Assembly: GCF_009914755.1 (NCBI RefSeq)
Contig: NC_060939.1
Reading direction: 5' to 3' (one strand)
Origin: the human T2T-CHM13v2.0 reference genome, Homo sapiens
DNA length: 64,000 nt
Below the pieces are notes generated by a model. That model had not been told where the DNA came from and did not search any database. It was given only the letters and a program-made list of their open reading frames with translations. Made by a program: the position numbers and the translations under genes. Of this stretch, positions 55,831-64,000 are shown piece by piece (the stretch's first letter is position 1; every line of letters starts with the position of its first letter).

Positions 55831-56640
55831 AATTCTTTTTTTTTGTATTTTAACAATTTTTTCCATGAACTAATTGCTTAGTTGCTCAGAATGTAAAATT
55901 TTTCTATTTTGATACAGATTTTTACATAAATATTTGACAAATTCACATTTCACAAACAGGTATTAAAATTTCTATTCTCACTTCAATATTATGCCAGTGA
56001 TATTTAATCTTTGTCATTCTAATGAGTAAAAACAAATGTTCAATTTTTTCACCTTAACTGATTGTGAACAAGTGAATATTTTCATAGTAATTATTTAAAG
56101 TCACTACTGATACATGAAAGAGACTGTAGCAAAGGAAGCAGCAAATATATACCCAGTTCTTATTAATTATTCAATAGCTCATTCTAAGTTTGTGATAAAG
56201 AAAAGCATAATAATAGGAACTTTTGTGATAACTCTTTCCACAATGTGTAAGCTTTGGTTCAATTGGAGAAGAACAGAATTTTAGATGATATGAAATCATA
56301 AACTGTCTTTAAAATTCAAATCCACCAGTAGACAGGTGAGAAGATTCAGGTTCAGAGAGGTGTGATGACTCACCTCAGCACATGCTGGGCCAGCAACCCA
56401 GCAGGCACTGTGCTCACCATGCCACAGCTGCCCTCAGCGTGAGGGGACTCATCCTCACCTCCAAAGACAACATTCAACGACAGCACAATGGGTGCCGTGA
56501 ATCTGATAAGTTAAGGGGACCATTTAGCAGTTTCTGGCATATTCTTAATAGCCATGTGTTAAAAATCAAATTTCCATGGACAAAGCCAAAGCCAACTGTC
56601 ACTTTTATGAAATGAATTTTGGGATATAGAAATAAATACG

Positions 56641-56960
56641 GGCTGGGCGCGGTGGCTCACACCTGTAATCCCAGCACTTTGGGAGGCCGAGGCAGGCAGA
56701 TCACGAGGTCAGGAGATCAAGACCATCCTGGTTAACACGGTGAAACCCCGTCTCTACTAAAAATACAAAAAATTAGCCAGGAGTGGTGGCGGGCACCTGT
56801 AGTCCCAGCTACTCAGGAGGCTGAGGCAGGAGAATGGTATGAACCCAGGAGGCAGAGCTTGCAGTGAGCCAAGATCGCGCCACTGCACTCCATCCAGCCA
56901 GGGTGACAGAGCGAGACTCCGTCTCAAAAAAAAAAAAAAGAAAGAAAAAAAGAAAGAAAG
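56641..56960 (+). mobile_element. AluY
   Basis: Y diagnostics (gatcacgaggtcaggagatc, accatcctgg.taacacgg, agaatgg, gagcttgc). TSD-like agaaa(t/g)aaatac. Confidence 0.95.
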
Positions 56961-58099
56961 AAATACATCAAAGTTAATTATAGTTACAATATTATTATGA
57001 TAAATTTGAGTAGTCATGCTGCAATGGTTTGTCATAATACTGTAGGAAAATCACTGTTCAACGCCTGCATCACTAAACTAAGAACTTAGGATACCAAACA
57101 GATATTTACTTTAAACTTACTCATAAAATGTCACAAATGTTTTGATTCACAGCAGAATGTAATTCAGAAAATATTTTAGTCACATCGTTTTTGGAAGGGA
57201 CTATCTTTCAAGGATTAGTACCTAGGGCATATTTCAAAACCAATTTATCTTCAACTACTGGGAAAGTAAATATTTTCATATGTTCCACAGATTTAAACTT
57301 ATGAGGAATGGCCTTTTTTGATATTACTTTAAAATATATCATCTTAGCAGGATCATTGGATAGTTTGAGTAGCTATTTTTTTTCTCTTTATTATGTTTGG
57401 ATCAAAAATAAGTTGCCATAGATGTTGTGAAAAAGATTTTGATGTTTGTTTTCTTTGTAAAATCTGAAGTGGTGAAATTGACATTCTGCTTTTAATTCAT
57501 CCTAAGGAGGTGGGAATAATTACTAAATAAGATTTTATAGCACTTATGGATTAAATTGAATTAAATATCTAAATATTAAACAGATTTCATACATGCCATA
57601 ACTATAACAATCTAAATAATTGCTTAAAAACAGAATTATAATAAATATAATATTCATTATTTTGCCTTAATATGGTCTTTAAATTTTTATGTATTTTTTT
57701 AACTTAAAAAGGACACAATTAGAAACTTAGAGGAGCCCAGAGTAATTTTGGCTGCTTAAATCAAAAGGTCTCCATATATCTTTCAAAAAGTCTACACAGA
57801 TCACAGGGAGAATAAATAACACCATTTAAACCTCACAGCTTCATCATGAGTTGAAGAGAAAGAAAGCACGACAGATTTTAGATTATTTATATGTAGAAAA
57901 ACAAATGCCAATGTCCAGCAGGGCTTCTTGGTACTATTCCTAAACCTATTCTGTATGTTTGAAATTATATTTAAATGAAAAATAAATAAAATATAAGTAA
58001 AAGAATGTTGAATTTATTTCAAGCTAATGGAACCAAAAAAGGTATAAACATGAAAGAAGAAAAACTGCAATACAAACCAAAAGTACTGGCTATGCACAC

Positions 58100-58104
<5 letters not shown>

Positions 58105-58142
<38 letters not shown>
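58105..58142. repeat. (CA)19 microsatellite
   Basis: Perfect dinucleotide run. Confidence 0.97.
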
Positions 58143-58145
<3 letters not shown>

Positions 58146-58460
58146 ATACCTTTTAATGTTAAAAACAGTAATTCACAATAACAATATAATAATTATGAAT
58201 ATTTATGCACCAAGTAACACAGCAACCACCAATACAAGGCAGAAACTTGTAGGAGATGTAAGGATACACAGATAGAAACAAAATAACAAGAGTAGACTTT
58301 GCCATACCACCCTCAAAATGAGACAGATCAAGTGAACAAAAACCAGCAATGATATAATACATAAACAACATAATTTTGTCTCAAATTTTGCACCTTGATA
58401 CAAGAAAATACAACTTTTTCTTAAACACACATAACATTCCCCAAAACCAAACTCATGTTA

Positions 58461-58778
58461 CAGGCATCAGCACACTTTTTTATAAAAGACCAAGCAGTAA
58501 ATATTTCAGGCTTCACAGGCACTACTAGACTGTTGCAACTCTGCTGCTGTCACACAAAAGCAGCCATACATAACACAAAAAGGAATATGATGGTGTTCCA
58601 AAAAGATTTAATTCATAAACACTAAAATTTGAATTTCATATACTTTCACATCTTGAAATACTATTCTTTTAATTTAAAAATTTTATTTAAAAATGTACAA
58701 ATTCTTTTTTAGTTCGGAAGTCATACAAAACAGTCAGTGGATGAATCTGGAATAAGGTTTGTAGTTTGCTGAACTCTG
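58461..58778 (+). mobile_element. MER58B (hAT-Charlie)
   Basis: cagg..tcagcacacttttt...gtaaatatttcaggctt... to gtagtttgctgaactctg. 8-bp TSD-like tcatgtta/acatatta. Confidence 0.82.
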
Positions 58779-60181
58779 ACATATTAAGTCATAAAGAAAG
58801 AAATGGTAAGTTCTACGAAGCAGGAACTTTAAAAACACCATTACTCTCTGGGCCCAGTGCAATAATTCTAAAATGAACAACAACATCTAAAGGGGTCTTC
58901 CACATGAAAAGTTGGAGAAAAGTTTGCATTAAACAACATTTTGGGAAAGTGGAAATACAAACCAAAATTAGAAAGATTTTAAAATATAGTTACAATAAAA
59001 ACACTAATGCAGAATCTGCGTCAATCTTTAACATCTTTTAAAAATTAAAATATTTAAAAATATATATATGGTATATGCCAAGAGAGGTGATATCAAAAAA
59101 AATCAACGCTAGAGAAGACAGAAAAAAAGAAAGAGCAAATGCAGTAAATCCAAAATGGTTATAAGGACGATATTTTAATACAACTATAATAGCAACCACT
59201 TTAAATGTGGTTGCTATTAAGACACCAGTTTAAAGATAGATATTGCCAAAGTAAATAATATAAAAACAAGTATATATTGTCTGGAAGAAACAGGTTAAAA
59301 GTTAAGGAAAAGAGAAAGATGTACCATGCTAACACTAATCAAAAGAAAAATGAATTAGATATATTAATTTTGGAAAAAGTAGACTTCAGAACAGCTAAGA
59401 ATATCAGAGATAAAGAGTGACATTACATAATGGTGGAGTCAATTTTCAAGAAGACAACAATCCAAAGTGTTAACTAATCTAACAACAGAGCATTAAAATA
59501 ATTAATATTTTAATATTTTAAAATAACTAAAATGTTAACAAGCCAAAAACTAATAGAATTGAAAGGGAAAATGAAGAAATCTATTTTATATTTGGAAACT
59601 TCAAAACTTCTCTGTCAATAATTGAACAAATAAGGCAGGCAGAAAATCAGTAAGGATATAGATGACTTGAACAACACTGTCAATAAGAGAAATTTATAGA
59701 ACACTCCATCTGACAACAGCAGGCTGTACATTCTTCTCAAGCAGGCATAGAATATTTATCATGATAGACCATATTCTGGGCTTGACAAATTTCAAATAGA
59801 GGTTATACAAAGTACATTCTCAGACCACAACAGAATTAAACTAGAAATCAGTAATGAAAAGACATCACAACAATCCTCAAATATTTAGAAATTAAATAAC
59901 ATACTTCTAAGTAACCTATAAGTCAAGGAAGACGTTGCAAGCGAAATTTTTTAAAATTTTCAGTGAAATGAAAATAAACTCATCAATATTTATGAGATAC
60001 AGCAATTAACAATAATATATATTTTTTCAAATAGATAAGAGAATATTGAATGTTCTTAATACAAGGAAATGATAAATGAGATGACTGATGGCTATGCTAA
60101 TTACTCTAATCACTATTCATTATATGTATTGAAACATTATTATGTACCCTATAGATATGTACAATTATTTTGTATCAATTA

Positions 60182-60471
60182 TTTTTTTGAGATGAAGTTT
60201 TGTTCTTGTTCCCCATGCTGGGGTGCAATGACACGATCTCGGCTCACCACAACCTCCACCTCCTGGGTTCCAGTGATTCTCCTGCTTCAGCCTCCCAAGT
60301 GGCTGGGATTACAGGCATGCACCACCACACTCAGCTAATTTTTGTATTTTTAGTAGAGATGGGATTTCTCCATGTTGGTCAGGCTGGTCTCGAGCTCCCA
60401 ACTTCAGGTGATCCACCCACCTCGGCCTCCCAAAGTTCTGGGATTACAGGTGTGAGCCACTGTGTCTGGCC
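60182..60471 (-). mobile_element. AluSp-like
   Basis: Antisense Alu with tttctccatgttggtcagg. Confidence 0.93.
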
Positions 60472-62462
60472 TTGTATTTATTTATTTAAAATAAAAATGA
60501 AAAGAACAATAAAGTTTTTAGAGCATAAACAAGAAATATCCAAAATGAATAACCTAAGCTTTAACATCAGTAAACAAAAGAAACAAGAACAAATTAAACC
60601 TAAAGCAAATAGAAGAAAATAAATTATAAAAATCAGATAATACATAAGTTAAATTAAAAACATAAAAACAATAGATGAAATCAATGAGAGCTAAGGCAGT
60701 TCTTTGAAAATATCAATAATATTAATAAACCTCTAACTGGGCTTACCAAGAAGATGACACAAATTGCCAATTGTCACTACGGATGCAATGGACATGAAAA
60801 TGATAAGGGAAATAATTGATAAACTCTCTGACCACAAATTGGATAATGTAGATAAAGTATACCAATTCCTTGAAATATACAAATTATCAAAACTTATGCT
60901 ATCAGAAAGATAACATTAATAGCCATTTATCTATTAAAGAAATGTAATTAGTAGTTTAAAACCTTTCAAAAATAAATCATTAGGCTCATTTTCTTTCACT
61001 TGGGAAATTTAAGCAAATATTTAAGGAAGAAGCAATACAAAATCACCACAGTTTTTTCCAGAAAATAGAAGAGGAAACAATTGCCAATTTATTTTTTGAA
61101 CACTGAAATGTCCTAATGACAAAACCAGATAAAGCCATTACAAAAAAAGAGAAAACTATAGACCAATCTCTAATGAACATAGACACAAAAATTCTTAATA
61201 AAATATTAGCAATACAGCTTAAGCAATACTTGAAAAGGATAACACATCACAATCAAACAAAGTTCATGCCAAGGGCACAAAGCTTGTTCTTTACTTTTAA
61301 GTTAATCAATGTAACTCATCATTTTATCAGGCTAAATTTTAAAAATTATGTGATTATATTAATTAATCCATTAAAAATTCAACAAAATTCAATACTTTTT
61401 TATGAACAAAACTAGCAAACTATGAATAGAAGGGAATTTCCTTAACATAATGATGAGTTTTTTTTAAACCTGTAATTAATATTCTTAATGGAGAGAAATT
61501 AATGCTTTTAGAATTTGAAATGTTTAAAAACACGTATAATAACACCAAAAAGAAATACTGGAGTATAAATTTAAGAAAATGTTTATAAGATCTCTATACA
61601 GAAAACAACAAAACCCTAGTAAAGGCAAACAAAGATATAAATAAATGGAGAGATATTCTATGTTCAAAGACTTACTATATTAAAATGTTAATGCTCCCCC
61701 AACTTAACCTACTGACTCAACCCAATTCCTTCTAAATCCCAGGATGTTTTGGGTTTTGTAGACATCAAAAAACGTATTCTAAAATTATTTAGAAACACAA
61801 AGGACTGAGAATAGCCAACACAATACTGAAAAAAGAACAAAGTTGGAAGACTAAAACTATCTGATCAAGACTTAGTATAAAACTACATCAACCAAGACAC
61901 TATGGTATTGGGAAAATAATTTTAAAATACAGCAGTGGAACAGAGAGCTTAGAAGTAGACCCAAGAAAATATAGCCATTTGATTTTTGACAGAGATACAA
62001 ATGTAACTCGGTGATAAAAGATAGTCTTCTCACAAATGCTGCCTGCACAATTGGATGTCTGAATGCAAAAAGATAAACCTAGACAATGACCTAACATCTT
62101 AGACAAAAATTTACTCAAAGTTGATTGTATACTTATATGTAAAATATAAAGCTATAGAAATTCTAAAAGAAAAGAGAGAAGAATTCGTGTGACCTTACTT
62201 TCTGTGATGAAGTTTTAGACAGAATGCCAAAAGCATGATCAATGAAGAAAAAATTTAATAGTTGGAACTTAATTTAAAACTTTTGCTTTTTGAAAGACAC
62301 TGTTAAGAAAATGAAAAGATAAGCCATAGACTAGGAGATAATATTTTCAAACCACATATCTGACCCATATCCACATTATACAAAGAATTTTTAAAACTCA
62401 ACCAACTGAACAAGCAACCCAGTTAAATTCTGGGCAAAAGATCCGAACAAAAACTCATCAAA

Positions 62463-62757
<295 letters not shown>

Positions 62758-64000
62758 ACTCCTCAAATAATATATATAGATGGCAAACAAGCAGATGGAA
62801 AGCAACTCAACATAATTTCTCATTAAAGAAATAAAAATTAAAACAGCAATGGATTACTCCTGTACATATAACAGTTAAATTTTGTATTTAAAAAACTGGC
62901 AATACCAGTTGCTTGTCAAGATTCAGAGTAACAGGAAGTTTCATTCATTGCTGGTGGAATACAAAATGTTACAGTCTTTTTTGAAGGACTCTAAGAGTTT
63001 CTTGGAAAGCTAAACAAAGTTTTATCATATAATCCAGCAACTGCAGTCCACACAGTTAGACTGTAAATAAAACTCTGCACACTGATGTTTATAGCAGCTT
63101 TATTCATAATCACCAACCTGGAAACTACCAAAATGTCCGTCAGCAAGTAAATGGATAAACAAACTGTGGTATATACATACAATGCAGAAGTACTATTCAG
63201 TGATTTAAAAGAAAAAAGAAATAACAATCCATGCAATTTAAAAAACCATGAATGACTCTTAAATGCAAACTGCTAAATAGAAGCAACCAGTCTGAAAATG
63301 CCACATATTGTATGATTCCATTTATATGATATCTTGAAAAAGGGAAACTTGTGGAGACAGAAAGCAGTTCAGTATTTAGGGGCCTAACAATTGGGGAGAA
63401 CCGAATATAAATATTTAAAGCACAGGGGATGTGTAGGGCTACGAAACTATTTTGTGTGGGACTTTATTGTTGGATATGTGACACTATCCACTTGTAAAAA
63501 CCCATAGAACTTTATAACACAAAGAGGAAACTTCTGTGCATACAAATGATATCAAAGTCAACTCGACTGGCAGGGAACACCAGAATTGAATGCAGACTGT
63601 AACAAAAGAATCAAAATATATTTAAAATGTATGCCATAACCTCCCTGAAGAGGATGTGGAGAAGAGTTGCTGACCTAAGCAAATCTGAATATGAGTGATG
63701 ACTATGAGATGAAAGACAAAATAAACTGCCATAAGCACTGTACTCTAGTTGGCAAAGTCGTTTCTCGTAGGAGTACAGGTTAACAATTCTAAAACTGTTG
63801 TATTTATATACAGGGGTTGAATAAATCAGTAGAAGGGTGGTGGCAAGGGAGCCAAGTTTCTCACTGTTGGTGTGGGTGGTTACAGATTAACAAAGAAGAC
63901 CTAGAAGAAGTTATATGTCCTAGATTAGAGTTGGTGACATCATTATGAACTCATGTTTTGCTTAATATCCATACAGATGGGTACACCTAGAAATAATTAT

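Overview
Human non-coding genomic DNA. An AluYb8 element at 53433-53744, a human-specific subfamily, is the species evidence. I find no credible protein-coding gene, RNA gene or CRISPR array. The ORFs in the track are chance ORFs, Alu/L1/LTR-derived frames or low-complexity artefacts. Well over half of the window is interspersed repeat: old L1M/L1PB fragments, about 14 Alus (FAM, J, S, Y, Yb8), ERVL/MaLR/ERV1 LTRs (MLT2, MLT2A1, MLT1A0, MSTB, MER21, MER74A with internal remnant, LTR33-like with internal remnant, LTR12F-like, MER57-group) and DNA transposon fossils (MER20 x2, MER2B, MER58B). Repeat subfamily names come from recalled consensus sequences and need RepeatMasker/Dfam confirmation. 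Unique sequence holds two CpG-enriched, regulatory-looking segments (about 20.4-21.4 kb and 34.1-34.6 kb) and a good CTCF-motif match (35.9 kb). The most unusual structure is a cluster of template-switch or templated-insertion scars between 17.8 and 34 kb. Two of these pair a copied nearby segment with a short inverted piece of the target site, and a near-perfect 46-bp minisatellite ends in a perfect palindrome. I cannot support a new biological system in this window; the findings are candidate regulatory elements and mutational or repair signatures.
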